From positions 1 to 47,199 of IMG/VR virus record IMGVR_UViG_3300017774_002618: a DNA stretch of 47,199 nucleotides; one strand, given 5' to 3'. Shown here in pieces: positions 17,973 to 27,006 of the stretch. The DNA comes from a virus. Its lineage: Duplodnaviria; Caudoviricetes. The notes under the pieces are model-generated. The model did no database searches. It was not told the DNA's origin and was given only the letters and a program-made list of their open reading frames with translations. The position numbers and the translations under genes are program-made. How positions within the stretch are numbered: position 1 is the first letter of the stretch; every line of letters starts with the position of its first letter.

Positions 17973-18962
17973 TCAGGCCTCGGTCGTCTTCAGCGCCAGG
18001 AACGTCATGTTCTTGAGCGAAGTCGCCGTGCGGTCCCAGTTCGCAGCCAGCGCAAATTCCGCGTCGGTAGCGAACTCGCCAGCCGTCGAGCCATCCAGCC
18101 AGCGGGTGCCGGGGATGTGCGGAACGAAGTGGCGCCGGGAGACTATTTCAGTGACGCCGCCACCATGGCCCTGGCGAGGCTTGCGATCGAACTCCAGCGG
18201 CCCGCCTTCCGTATTGACCGGAAGTTCGTTCCACATGATCGCGCGGTCCTTGAACAGGAACGCGGTATACTCGCCAGTCGATACCGGAATGTCGTCGTCC
18301 ACGATGACACGAAGACCCATGTAGTATGGGATCATCATGCCGCCCTGCTGCGACGACGGGAGGTAGTCGATCAGATCGGCGAGCTTCAGCGCCTTCATCT
18401 GCTTCGAATGCACCCAGATGGCCTTGAACGAGTCGGCGCGGTCACCCATGAGGTAAGCCGTTTCGATGATGTCCGTGTCCACGATGGAGGCATTCGTGTC
18501 GCGGACCATATCGCTGGAGTCGTTGGCGATGTTGTCCGCAAGCACGCCCTGGAGCATCTTGATCAGGGTCAGCTTGTTGGCGCGCTGCCAGTATGGCGTC
18601 TGGTGACGAATGATGACCTTCAGCGGGTCGTCACCGGCCAGAATGCTGGTCAGGTCGGGGACGCCCCAAGCCTGGGCGCGAATGTTGCGGGCCGCGACTT
18701 CACGGCGCGTTCCGATCTTCTTCATTTCGATCGAGTCGGTCGGGTCGTCGTTGACCGGTTCCGACGGATCGTTGCCGAGATCCTTCCAGCCAGGCATATC
18801 GACGGAACGTCCGCCCATGCTCAGCTTCGAGGAGATCGACGGGTCGGAGTAGAGAATGCCAGCCTGGAAGATTTCCAGGGACTGGACGTGCTCTTCGAAC
18901 GAGTATTGCGCGTAGACGGACGGGACAATCGAGTCCGAAATCCGAGTCCATGCATCAGCCAT
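17973..18962 (-). CDS. Major capsid protein, SPP1 gp13-like family
   Basis: TRISDSIVP...FQAGI...GGRSVDMPGWKDL...RAQAWGVPDL...AGDDP pattern; follows the scaffold gene. Confidence 0.85.
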   Translation of the reverse strand: MADAWTRISDSIVPSVYAQYSFEEHVQSLEIFQAGILYSDPSISSKLSMGGRSVDMPGWKDLGNDPSEPVNDDPTDSIEMKKIGTRREVAARNIRAQAWGVPDLTSILAGDDPLKVIIRHQTPYWQRANKLTLIKMLQGVLADNIANDSSDMVRDTNASIVDTDIIETAYLMGDRADSFKAIWVHSKQMKALKLADLIDYLPSSQQGGMMIPYYMGLRVIVDDDIPVSTGEYTAFLFKDRAIMWNELPVNTEGGPLEFDRKPRQGHGGGVTEIVSRRHFVPHIPGTRWLDGSTAGEFATDAEFALAANWDRTATSLKNMTFLALKTTEA

Positions 18963-18997
18963 TTTAGTTCACCTTTGCGATTTGCAAAGCGTTCCGC

Positions 18998-19906
18998 TCA
19001 CAGCGGGTTGCTGGACACCCAAAGATCCGGGTTCTCACCGGCTTCACGTGCCATGCGCTTTGCGCGTTCAGGGTCGCTTTTCACGAGGGCTGAGATCGCC
19101 ATGAGGTCACGTGAGCCATCAGCGAGACGCTTGAACGGATTGCCCGCTACCGGCGTGTCGTTGGACCCGATCGTGTCTTCGCTGAACTGCTTCTCTGCGA
19201 CCGCCAGCATGGCGCGAGCCACCTGTGGGTCTGTGAGGCTGCCATCCGGGAGGATGATGCCCTTTGCCTTGAACACGTCTGTCAGCCCGAGCGCTTTGGT
19301 GGCTCGCTCGACGAGGGTCAGCTTTGTCTTGAAAGACTCGCTGTCCGCCGGCCCGAAATCCTTCACGAGGTCGTCATAGGTCTGTTCGACGGACTGAGCG
19401 ATGGCAGCCTGTTGGGCCGTCACCTGTTCCGCCATGTAGCCTACGAACTTGTCGTGTTGTGACTGCGCCTGCTTGGCCGTCAAACCGTCAGCCACGGCCC
19501 ATTGCTTGGACGCGGTTGCGAGGTCTTCGGAGTAGGGCAGCCCTTCAGGAAGTCCTTCGGGAAGCTTGTATGTCAGTGTGTCAGGCGAAGAGACCGGGCG
19601 CATGTCCTCGGGAAGTTTCGAGTGGAACTTCTCCCATTCTTCCTTCGGTGCGTCCGGCGCAGGAACGCGCAGGCTCTCGCCCTGCATTCGTTCCAGTTCA
19701 GCATAGGAGGTAAAAGCCTTGTCCAGGCTCTCAGGCGTGGTCCAGCCCTTTGTTTCAGCGAGCTTGCGGTTGCCTTCGGAAAGACCGTCAAACCAACTCT
19801 TGGCGCTCCCTGCGGCGGACCCGTTGTCCACAGGAGGCGTTGGCTGTGCAGGGTTGCCCGCCGATGCATCAAGCACCACGGACCCGGCTTCTGCCGTATC
19901 TGTCAT
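18998..19906 (-). CDS. Capsid scaffolding protein
   Basis: Acidic N-terminus, KAFTSYAELERMQG, P.PDAPKEEWEKF; position before MCP. Confidence 0.8.
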   Translation of the reverse strand: MTDTAEAGSVVLDASAGNPAQPTPPVDNGSAAGSAKSWFDGLSEGNRKLAETKGWTTPESLDKAFTSYAELERMQGESLRVPAPDAPKEEWEKFHSKLPEDMRPVSSPDTLTYKLPEGLPEGLPYSEDLATASKQWAVADGLTAKQAQSQHDKFVGYMAEQVTAQQAAIAQSVEQTYDDLVKDFGPADSESFKTKLTLVERATKALGLTDVFKAKGIILPDGSLTDPQVARAMLAVAEKQFSEDTIGSNDTPVAGNPFKRLADGSRDLMAISALVKSDPERAKRMAREAGENPDLWVSSNPL

Positions 19907-19938
19907 GAGAGAGAAATCCTTGCGGTGGATTGGAATAG

Positions 19939-19974
19939 AAAAAGGGCCTCGCCACCGCTGACGAAGCCCTTTTC
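19939..19974 (-). terminator. Rho-independent terminator, possibly bidirectional
   Basis: aaaagggcttcgtc...ggcgaggccc followed by TTTTT. Confidence 0.7.
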
Positions 19975-19999
19975 AATCAGCCTTGCGGGCTGAATTCGG

Positions 20000-20569
20000 T
20001 TACGCGTTGTCTCCCCATAGTTCATAGAACAGCGTGATCGTGCCGGTGACAGCGAGCGTGCCGTCTGCGTCAATCTCGGTGTTGGTCGGAAAGCCGATGT
20101 TGAGATACAGATCGACCGAGGTTGACGTGCCGTCGAGCGTCGAAGCAGCAGCCACGTCAGCCGCCTGAGCGGTCGTGTAGGCGGCAACGGCGCCGTCGAG
20201 CGTCTTGTCCTGCTTGGCGATCACATCGACCATGGTGGAGGCCAGCGTGATCGAGGAAGCGGCAACCGAGCCGAGTGACCAGTCCATCGCAGCCGAGTCA
20301 TTGATCGTCGTGCGAGCGGTCAGAACCGCGAATGCCAGGGTCGCCGTGCCACCCTTGATGCGGACCTTGCCGGCGGTGAAGTCGAACAGCTTCTGCGAGG
20401 CATAGGCCAGCGTATCGGTGACGCTGATCTGCATGCCGGAGAGCGTGAAGACCGTGCGATACGAACCGCCGCGACCGGTAGTTACAGCGGACAGGCCAGC
20501 CTTGGGAGGGGCAAGACCAGCTTCACGAGCAGCAGCGCGCGCAAGCGAACGTGGGAGACCACGAGCCAT
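20000..20569 (-). CDS. Putative virion structural/decoration protein
   Basis: Thr/Ala-rich beta-type composition; AAGGA RBS; head module. Confidence 0.65.
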   Translation of the reverse strand: MARGLPRSLARAAAREAGLAPPKAGLSAVTTGRGGSYRTVFTLSGMQISVTDTLAYASQKLFDFTAGKVRIKGGTATLAFAVLTARTTINDSAAMDWSLGSVAASSITLASTMVDVIAKQDKTLDGAVAAYTTAQAADVAAASTLDGTSTSVDLYLNIGFPTNTEIDADGTLAVTGTITLFYELWGDNA

Positions 20570-20612
20570 GATGTTATTCCTTCATTCTTGGGAGGGATTT
20601 TCGGCTGGACCC

Positions 20613-20724
20613 GCCGTGGGTAAAGGGGTAAGTTATTGGAGTAGGCGGCACCGTTGATGACGACGGAAGCTAAGTGGTAGCTACCCCGAAACCGATCTGG
20701 GGATATGCTGGTTTCGATCCAGCC
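20613..20724 (-). ncRNA. Putative structured RNA element E4
   Basis: GGCUGGA/UCCAGCC closing helix enclosing CGAAACC/GGUUUCG and further hairpins. Confidence 0.35.
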
Positions 20725-20727
20725 CGC

Positions 20728-21048
20728 CTACCGCGCCTCTAAACGAGCCGCTCGCTCCAGCGCCACCAGATCCTCATCTGTGAGCGTCAGGAAACCCATG
20801 ATGTGTTGTAGCACTTCCGCCCGTGCATTCGACAGGGCAGAGTGCAATTCAAAGCCGTGTGGCGTCTTGGTCTTCGCCAGCCATTCGGCATAGGACGGAC
20901 GACGATAATAGCCCGTCACGTTCGCCAGGTCGGCAAGGACAATCTCGCCATCCTGCCCTGAGAAGATGCGCAGATAGGCTTTGGCTAGAGCATCCTGAGC
21001 CTTGGCAGGACCACCCGCCTCCCCTGCCCTTGCAATGCGCTTGTTCAC
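20728..21048 (-). CDS. Conserved post-portal protein (Bbp19-like)
   Basis: AYLRIFSGQDGEIVLADL pattern; GTGA overlap with the portal stop. Confidence 0.7.
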   Translation of the reverse strand: MNKRIARAGEAGGPAKAQDALAKAYLRIFSGQDGEIVLADLANVTGYYRRPSYAEWLAKTKTPHGFELHSALSNARAEVLQHIMGFLTLTDEDLVALERAARLEAR

Positions 21049-22748
21049 TGCGCCATCATCCCGTCAAGCAACCCGGACTGCTTTGCAGCAATCGCAGCCG
21101 GCACCGCATCCTTGGCGATCTGGCCGGCCTGCGACATGGCAGCAAGGCCCTGCTGAGCCTGCATCTTCTTGGCCCTTGCCTCACGCAGCGCTTCGACTTC
21201 CTCGCGACGGCGAAGCAGCCTTTGCGGCGCGCGGCTCGCATCCTTCTTGATGCGCAGATATTCGTCACCATCGATGTTATCGAGGATGGACGGGTCCTGA
21301 CTGGCCTGTGCAAACTGTGCCGCCGACATCACCACCATATCCGTATCACGCGATTCAGCAGCACGACGCAGCACATCCAGCGGGCCGGTGAAGGTCGGAC
21401 GGATTGCCTTGCCGGCAAGCGTCGGAGGCGGCAGATATCGGCTGTCCTCCGCATACAAGCCCTTGGCTTCGAGGATGTCGAGTTCGCGGTCCAGGTTGGT
21501 GGCAAAGCCGGACTGGATGATCGAACCGGACGGTCCGAGCAATGCGCCCTTCTCTTCTTGCCTGATCAGCGCTTCGGTCGCCGTCATCTCCGGGTTCTGC
21601 ACCAGCGTCTGGAAGAGATTGACGAACAGCATGTCGCGGATTTCCTCCGCACGCTGTCCAGCATACTCAAACGCGAATGTCGGGTTCTGCCCGGTGTTGA
21701 TCGGGGCAATGAGCGGGCGCCCGTTGTCATCCATCAGGCCGGGATAGTTCACACCCGGGTTGAGAACAGGGACGAAATCAAGCTGCGACTTGGACGCCGT
21801 GGACGGATCGGTGATCTGCTGCAATGCACGCAGGCCAGTGCGGCGAACCGCGTTGATCTCGCGAACCGTCGTCAGCGCTTCGATCGTCGGGGAGATGCCG
21901 TAGGTATCACCCTCATAGCGGCGCCAGTTGAATGTCGAGACCGGGAAGGACCGGAACCCGGATTCGTTGACGATGTGTTCCTCTTCCTCAATCACGTGAT
22001 ACGAGGCGAACGCCATGTCGAGATATTGGATCTCACCCTGATTGCGATACATCTTCCGCTCATCGCGCGGCTTGATGCACTGCAAGAGCGTAAGTTTCTC
22101 CTCGCATTTCTGCGGATCATCGACCAACCTGCGGATCTTCGGCGGTAGCGCTTCATAGCCGAACCGCTGGGCAGCCTGGCGCGCGCTGCGCTCATACTTG
22201 CGATGGAACGTGTCCGTCATGCCCCAGCGGTTGCGCTTGATGTAGGCCTCGACCACGGGAACCGATGCATACCGGATCATCGCACCGGTAAAGCCTTCCT
22301 CCGCATAGAGGTAGGCCGGACCGTAACGCACCACGTTGCGAAGCACTGCCTGCGTGGCCGGGACAAAGTTCGAGTTGGCCGAATAGCGCAGCAGGAACAG
22401 GAGATCGCGAAGGCCTTCAGCCCATTCCTTCTCTTCGTCGGTCTCTTCGTCATCCATTGCAGCGGTCGAGAGGCCGTGCCACTTTTCCGATTGCGGAATG
22501 ATCAGGCTTTCAAGGCCGGCAGCGAGACGATTGGCAGCCAGGTTGATCGTGTTGTCATAGACGCGAGAGCCACGCTTTTCCTGCTGCGAGGCCTGCGACG
22601 TCTGCTGCTTGGAACCACGGCTCCACACATCTGGCGAATCCGGGTCGCAGAATTCAGACACCTGCTCCCAGACAGGCTCATACTCGGAGCGTTCATGCTC
22701 CATATCATCCTGACATCCGAGAATGTCGCGGGCGCGGGAATCAGCCAT
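21045..22748 (-). CDS. Portal protein (T7 gp8/BPP-1-type head-tail connector)
   Basis: LAANRLAAGL, YGISP..EAL, MTATE..IRQEEK..LLGP motifs. Confidence 0.92.
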   Translation of the reverse strand: MADSRARDILGCQDDMEHERSEYEPVWEQVSEFCDPDSPDVWSRGSKQQTSQASQQEKRGSRVYDNTINLAANRLAAGLESLIIPQSEKWHGLSTAAMDDEETDEEKEWAEGLRDLLFLLRYSANSNFVPATQAVLRNVVRYGPAYLYAEEGFTGAMIRYASVPVVEAYIKRNRWGMTDTFHRKYERSARQAAQRFGYEALPPKIRRLVDDPQKCEEKLTLLQCIKPRDERKMYRNQGEIQYLDMAFASYHVIEEEEHIVNESGFRSFPVSTFNWRRYEGDTYGISPTIEALTTVREINAVRRTGLRALQQITDPSTASKSQLDFVPVLNPGVNYPGLMDDNGRPLIAPINTGQNPTFAFEYAGQRAEEIRDMLFVNLFQTLVQNPEMTATEALIRQEEKGALLGPSGSIIQSGFATNLDRELDILEAKGLYAEDSRYLPPPTLAGKAIRPTFTGPLDVLRRAAESRDTDMVVMSAAQFAQASQDPSILDNIDGDEYLRIKKDASRAPQRLLRRREEVEALREARAKKMQAQQGLAAMSQAGQIAKDAVPAAIAAKQSGLLDGMMAQ

Positions 22749-22781
22749 ACATCGCCCCATCCATGATTGGAGTCATCGCGG

Positions 22782-23273
22782 TTACGGGACTTCCCAGCCG
22801 ATGATTTCAAGATCCATAGTTGCGGCGAGTCCTCTCGCGGTGGATAGCGCAAAGATCGGATCGGCTGTCAGTCGGGCAAGTGCTTCATTTGTGAGGGAGG
22901 AAAGGTTCGCGCCTTTGGTCGACGCGGTGAAGGCTGAATAAGCCTGCGAAGCCAAGACCAGGACAATCCCGGTTTTCCCGGCACCAGTGTAAATACCACC
23001 GATAGCGCCAGTCAGATCGATGCTGCCGTTCCTGCCGCGAATTGCATTGATAGTATATGCCGTGCCACTATGAAGCTTGGTCCAGGCCTGATCGGCTGTC
23101 GTATTCATGTTCGCGCTGGTCAAGCGATACAGAACTTGCATCGGGTTGCTGATGCCGATGTTCTCGCGAGCCTGAGCCTTTTGAGCGGCGGTCAGCACCT
23201 GATCCGTCAGGAAGCTCAGCCCGCCCCTGATTGCACGGTGCCAGTAGCCAGTCGGTCTAGTGTTCATGGTCAC
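22782..23273 (-). CDS. Fibre-like small structural protein
   Basis: QVLTAAQKAQARENIG motif seen in phage fibre proteins, followed by a beta-rich domain. Confidence 0.6.
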   Translation of the reverse strand: MTMNTRPTGYWHRAIRGGLSFLTDQVLTAAQKAQARENIGISNPMQVLYRLTSANMNTTADQAWTKLHSGTAYTINAIRGRNGSIDLTGAIGGIYTGAGKTGIVLVLASQAYSAFTASTKGANLSSLTNEALARLTADPIFALSTARGLAATMDLEIIGWEVP

Positions 23274-23458
23274 ATTCCCAACAGGACGCGTTTGCCGCCA
23301 CCGAGCGCCTTGGGATCAAGGTCGGTCTTGACGGTGTTGGCCGAGCCGCCCTGAGCCGCAAGACGTGCGGCTTCCAGTTCCTGCCTGCGCAGAACAGCCG
23401 GATCATCAGCGGCAGGAGGACGGGGAAGCGGGCTAAGGGCGGGGGGCTTGAAGCACAT
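23270..23458 (-). CDS. Small virion/assembly protein
   Basis: MCFKPP Pro-rich start, ...KRVLLG end; typical pre-portal gene. Confidence 0.65.
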   Translation of the reverse strand: MCFKPPALSPLPRPPAADDPAVLRRQELEAARLAAQGGSANTVKTDLDPKALGGGKRVLLGM

Positions 23459-23927
23459 CGTTCCAACTCTCTCTTGTCCAGTCGAACAGCAGGAAGGTTT
23501 CACCGTTCTTGCCGTAGCCCGGGAGTTCACAGCGCTGTTGAGCGCCAAGTCGTGTCAGCCAGCGGACAGCCAGATCATTGCCGGCCATTGCCCGAGCCTC
23601 GACACGCCACGCGCCTTGCGCAGCCACGTCAGGCCCGAGAACGTCATAGAAGAACCGTGTGATGGCAGGGACGCAGCGATGCATCCGCTTGCCCCCCCAG
23701 CTCCATGCGATAAATAGACCCGTGCGCTGCTCTGTGGCACCGAAGGCTGCTTCCGGGTTGCCATCCAGCGTAACGACGTAGGCATGGCCCTGTAGGGCAG
23801 CGAGAGCCAGTTGAGCGGGCTTCCATGCCTCGCACTGGCAATCGATCTCTGCTTTGTCTTCAGGACGGAGATTGGCAGCGATGTAACTCAGGTCGCGAAG
23901 GGTGCCACCGATAACGCGGGGTTTCAT
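23433..23927 (-). CDS. GNAT-fold protein (T7 gp13/DUF2833-like)
   Basis: IAANLRPEDKAE, N..AVRWL.RLG..E motifs. Confidence 0.75.
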   Translation of the reverse strand: MKPRVIGGTLRDLSYIAANLRPEDKAEIDCQCEAWKPAQLALAALQGHAYVVTLDGNPEAAFGATEQRTGLFIAWSWGGKRMHRCVPAITRFFYDVLGPDVAAQGAWRVEARAMAGNDLAVRWLTRLGAQQRCELPGYGKNGETFLLFDWTRESWNDVLQAPRP

Positions 23928-25411
23928 CTGCGATAGTCAGCCAGCGGATCGCTTGGCTTATTGGCGCCCTGCACGCGCTTTAACTCAGCAGGGTTGACCA
24001 AAGAGTGACGGAGCGCCATGACCGCGTATCGTGTGGCGGACATCACATCGTCCTTCAGCTTCACGACAACCCCGTCCTTGCGATGGTAGATCCGGAACTC
24101 TTCGAACCAATCAACCAGCGTGTCGAAGACCTTGAAGCGCCCCGTCTGCATGCGGTCCAGCATCATCATCAAGCCCGCCTCGACAGACACAGACCCATCA
24201 GGGAACTGCGCATGCGTGCCGAGCATGTTGAGGCCATGTTCCTTGTATTGCTTGGCAAGGGAGACGCCGGCACCCTCCAGGGTTTCCCTGCGTCCGTCAC
24301 GAGGCCAAGCCCACGGCAGCCAGGCGCCCCAAGGCTTCAGGCTGATTGCCTGCATCGCGGGCGTCTGCTGACTGGCACGATGGCACTTGGTGACGTAAAT
24401 GACATCGGCCTCTGTATCGTAGGCCAGTTCGATCGCAGCGGACGGATGGTCCCAACCAAAGTCCAGACCTCCAATGCGAGGCCAAAAGGCCGGGAGGCGG
24501 AATGGCGCGACCTTGATTTCGTCTTCGGAGATCGGGAAGATCCGCCCCGAGCCGAGTGTCGGGATGCCCTTGGCCCGCGCTTCCCGTTCATGCGCAGGAT
24601 AGCTGGCGACGATCTTGGCCCGCTCTTCCTCTGTGTAGTGTTCCGCATCGTCAATCATCATCGATGTGACGTGCCGATATTTCGCGCCAGGATCGTCCGA
24701 CTTCGGCATCAGGAAGCGTGTCACCACTCCAGACATGCCCAGCAGCGGCGTGAACGTCTGTTGCGCAAACTGCCCGCGCTGCCCGTTGTTCGTGCGCGTC
24801 AGGCCTTCCGTATAGATTTCCTCTGGAGGCTCTTCGTCAAACCACACCCCATCGACCGTAGGCCCCTGCCACTTCTCGCGGCCCTTCTCATAGGCTTTGA
24901 GCGCTAGGACACTCTCACCGGCCTGCACATCGCCGCCACCGCCCCAGCGCACCACAATGCTGTCCAACAGGTTAGGAACGCCCATCGCCCGCGTGCGACT
25001 GATCATGCAGGAGGCGGGGATAAAGCCAGTCCCCCATTCCTCTTCCTTGGCGGGAGGCCCAACAAGGATACGCTGGGGATTGTCCCGAGTGCTTTCACCA
25101 GTAATCGAGCCGGCCCACAACAGCGGCGGCTTGTCGAATGTCGCGCCGTCCCACCAGTTCGGATACCGTCCTGTCAGGTGCATCGCCCATTCGGCACCGC
25201 CGGCAACGGTCTTGCCAAGCTGGTTGCCAGCCATGAACAACCGCTCGCTGAACGTGGCGCCGGCCTTGTGGAACTCCCGCTGCTTCGAATATGGAGCGTA
25301 GAACTTCAGGCGGTTAGTGAGCTGTCTGTGCTTCCTCTCCGCTTCCATCTGGCTCAGCAAGGCCGATAGCTTCGCGGAGGGTAGAGATTGCAGCGTCGAG
25401 AGACTCGTCAT
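23924..25411 (-). CDS. terL: Terminase large subunit
   Basis: Walker A GNQLGKT, Walker B VWFDEEP, TFTPLLG, nuclease GLDFGWDHP, DDVMSATRY. Confidence 0.95.
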   Translation of the reverse strand: MTSLSTLQSLPSAKLSALLSQMEAERKHRQLTNRLKFYAPYSKQREFHKAGATFSERLFMAGNQLGKTVAGGAEWAMHLTGRYPNWWDGATFDKPPLLWAGSITGESTRDNPQRILVGPPAKEEEWGTGFIPASCMISRTRAMGVPNLLDSIVVRWGGGGDVQAGESVLALKAYEKGREKWQGPTVDGVWFDEEPPEEIYTEGLTRTNNGQRGQFAQQTFTPLLGMSGVVTRFLMPKSDDPGAKYRHVTSMMIDDAEHYTEEERAKIVASYPAHEREARAKGIPTLGSGRIFPISEDEIKVAPFRLPAFWPRIGGLDFGWDHPSAAIELAYDTEADVIYVTKCHRASQQTPAMQAISLKPWGAWLPWAWPRDGRRETLEGAGVSLAKQYKEHGLNMLGTHAQFPDGSVSVEAGLMMMLDRMQTGRFKVFDTLVDWFEEFRIYHRKDGVVVKLKDDVMSATRYAVMALRHSLVNPAELKRVQGANKPSDPLADYRR

Positions 25412-25649
25412 CGAAATCCTCGATCTTGTTCGTCACGTCCGCCGTCATCGTCAGCGGCTTGCCATATCCTCGGTCCAGAACCATGTTCGCTGCTGTGAGG
25501 CGGACCTTCGCATCCTCGTCATCAAGCGCAGCAACAAGCACTTCGAGAGCGCGAGGGCCGTGTTCACGAGCCTTTGCCGCGATGCCTTTAGGGCGCCCAC
25601 CGGGATTGCCGGAGACGCCCTTCTGGAATTTACGTGCGTTGGGGATCAT
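25314..25649 (-). CDS. terS: Terminase small subunit (DUF5681-like)
   Basis: FQKGVSGNPGGRPKG and LDRGYGKP; immediately upstream of terL. Confidence 0.85.
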   Translation of the reverse strand: MIPNARKFQKGVSGNPGGRPKGIAAKAREHGPRALEVLVAALDDEDAKVRLTAANMVLDRGYGKPLTMTADVTNKIEDFDDESLDAAISTLREAIGLAEPDGSGEEAQTAH

Positions 25650-25669
25650 TTTCTGCTGCCCGTCTGTTT

Positions 25670-25849
25670 TCAGACCGCAAGCGCGGCTTCGAGTTCCGCG
25701 ATCCATGCCTGCGTGTTGGACAGATCCGTCTCGCTGGCCTCCAAAGCCCTCCGAACCGAGCCTACCTTTTGCTCATTGAATTCGAGGACCGCGCGGGCTT
25801 CATCCAACTCACGCTGCAATACGTCTCGAATGGCTGTCGACAGAGCCAT
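25670..25849 (-). CDS. Coiled-coil hypothetical protein (59 aa, MALSTAIRDVLQRELDE...)
   Basis: Fills the gap; translated by hand. Confidence 0.6.
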   Translation of the reverse strand: MALSTAIRDVLQRELDEARAVLEFNEQKVGSVRRALEASETDLSNTQAWIAELEAALAV

Positions 25850-25851
25850 TG

Positions 25852-26136
25852 TCAGGCTTCCGTCTCTGCCTTCGGAGGACGACCACGGCGAACAGCGGGC
25901 TTCTCGTCCTTTGCGGGTTCAGCAAGCTTGCCAGCAGTGCCGGCGCGGAATCCGTAGCCATCGACCTCATCGACAGTGCCGCCCTTGACCATGCCGATCT
26001 TCACACCGCCGCCAATCTTGACGACAGTTGCAGAGCCGGTGCGGACATCAGGCGGTCCACCTTCCATGACAGCGATGCTGGAGACTTCCGTTTCGCCATC
26101 CTGAGCGGTGACGAGAATTGCGTAGCGTTCAGCCAT
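25852..26136 (-). CDS. Hypothetical protein, first late gene
   Basis: Strong RBS AAGGAGG; C-terminal RRGRPPK (AT-hook-like). Confidence 0.75.
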   Translation of the reverse strand: MAERYAILVTAQDGETEVSSIAVMEGGPPDVRTGSATVVKIGGGVKIGMVKGGTVDEVDGYGFRAGTAGKLAEPAKDEKPAVRRGRPPKAETEA

Positions 26137-26259
26137 TATGGCCTCCTTGAGTTGGGACGCCCCCGCCCTGTCGTTTCTTGTGATTGGTTTGGCTTGCCCG
26201 CCGCATGACCCCTTTGGCGATACTTGATCTGCTGTGAGCGTGGGTGGGGCGGGCAATTG

Positions 26260-26286
26260 AAAAAGCCCGGCGCAATGGCCGGGCTG
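26260..26286 (-). terminator. Late-leader terminator (tR'-like)
   Basis: agcccgg-ccattgcg-ccgggct followed by TTTT. Confidence 0.8.
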
Positions 26287-26294
26287 ATGAGTGA

Positions 26295-26393
26295 TGCGAG
26301 GCGGCGAGACGCAAACCGTCAATTCGGCGCTTTACCCACCCGAGAGCCATCCGGGCGGAACGTTTAAGGCTGGCTAACCCTTGCCGCCTCGCA
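26295..26393 (-). ncRNA. Putative structured RNA element E3 in the late leader
   Basis: 11-bp closing helix UGCGAGGCGGC/GCCGCCUCGCA enclosing three hairpins. Confidence 0.55.
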
Positions 26394-26447
26394 ACTCTTG
26401 AAGCGATGCTGATTTCGGTGGACGCGCATGTGAGCGTCTATTTGTGC

Positions 26448-26476
26448 AGGCTAGCCTAGTTGCAAATGATTTGCAA
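26448..26476 (-). promoter_or_regulatory. Putative late promoter
   Basis: TTGCAA-N17-TAGCCT overlapped by the inverted repeat TTGCAAATCATTTGCAA; directly after the last early gene. Confidence 0.55.
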
Positions 26477-26484
26477 TAGCAAAA

Positions 26485-26997
26485 TTATCGCATCAGCCTC
26501 GATATGCACACCTTCACCGCTTCCCTGGCGAATTCATCACTGAGCCGGTCGTGATAGGCTGCGTCGTGGAAATACATGCGATAGTTCGAGCGGAGCGGTG
26601 CGAGTTTCGCCTGCATGCCCTCGAACCGCTTCTCAATGCGCTCCACAGACTTCAGGGACGGCTCTGGAGCTAGTGAACTCCCTCGCCCTGCCATGTAGTC
26701 CATCGCCTTGGGCATCGGCTGCATGGGCCATTTGATGCGCATGTAGTCAGCGGTTGCGGTGACATACTCATAGACCGCCGTGATGGCTGGGGTGTAGTCT
26801 GCCCCGAACTCACCTGCCAGAGCCATTCGTCCAATCGCATAGCCGGCAAGCTCTGTGTCTGCCATGGCCTTCGAGATGCCGAACTGGCGCACGCGCGCGT
26901 CAATGCAGGTCGCCTTGATGTTCTCCGGCTCCTGGTATGGTCGCCCATTGGGGTAGCGCTTGACGCCGATCTTGCGTTTGCGACCTGCTTTAGCCAT
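26485..26997 (-). CDS. Putative late-gene regulator (Q position)
   Basis: Basic N-terminus MAKAGRKRK..RYPNGR; last gene before the late promoter; function inferred from position only. Confidence 0.55.
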   Translation of the reverse strand: MAKAGRKRKIGVKRYPNGRPYQEPENIKATCIDARVRQFGISKAMADTELAGYAIGRMALAGEFGADYTPAITAVYEYVTATADYMRIKWPMQPMPKAMDYMAGRGSSLAPEPSLKSVERIEKRFEGMQAKLAPLRSNYRMYFHDAAYHDRLSDEFAREAVKVCISRLMR

Positions 26998-27006
26998 GAA
27001 GTCTCC

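Noticed and set aside
25314-25411. 98-nt terS/terL overlap
   Set aside because: Overlapping terminase genes are common and the terL start may be further downstream
944-26393. E1-E3 as MITE-like DNA transposons
   Set aside because: No target-site duplications, unrelated interiors and no transposase; an RNA-level role is preferred but not proven
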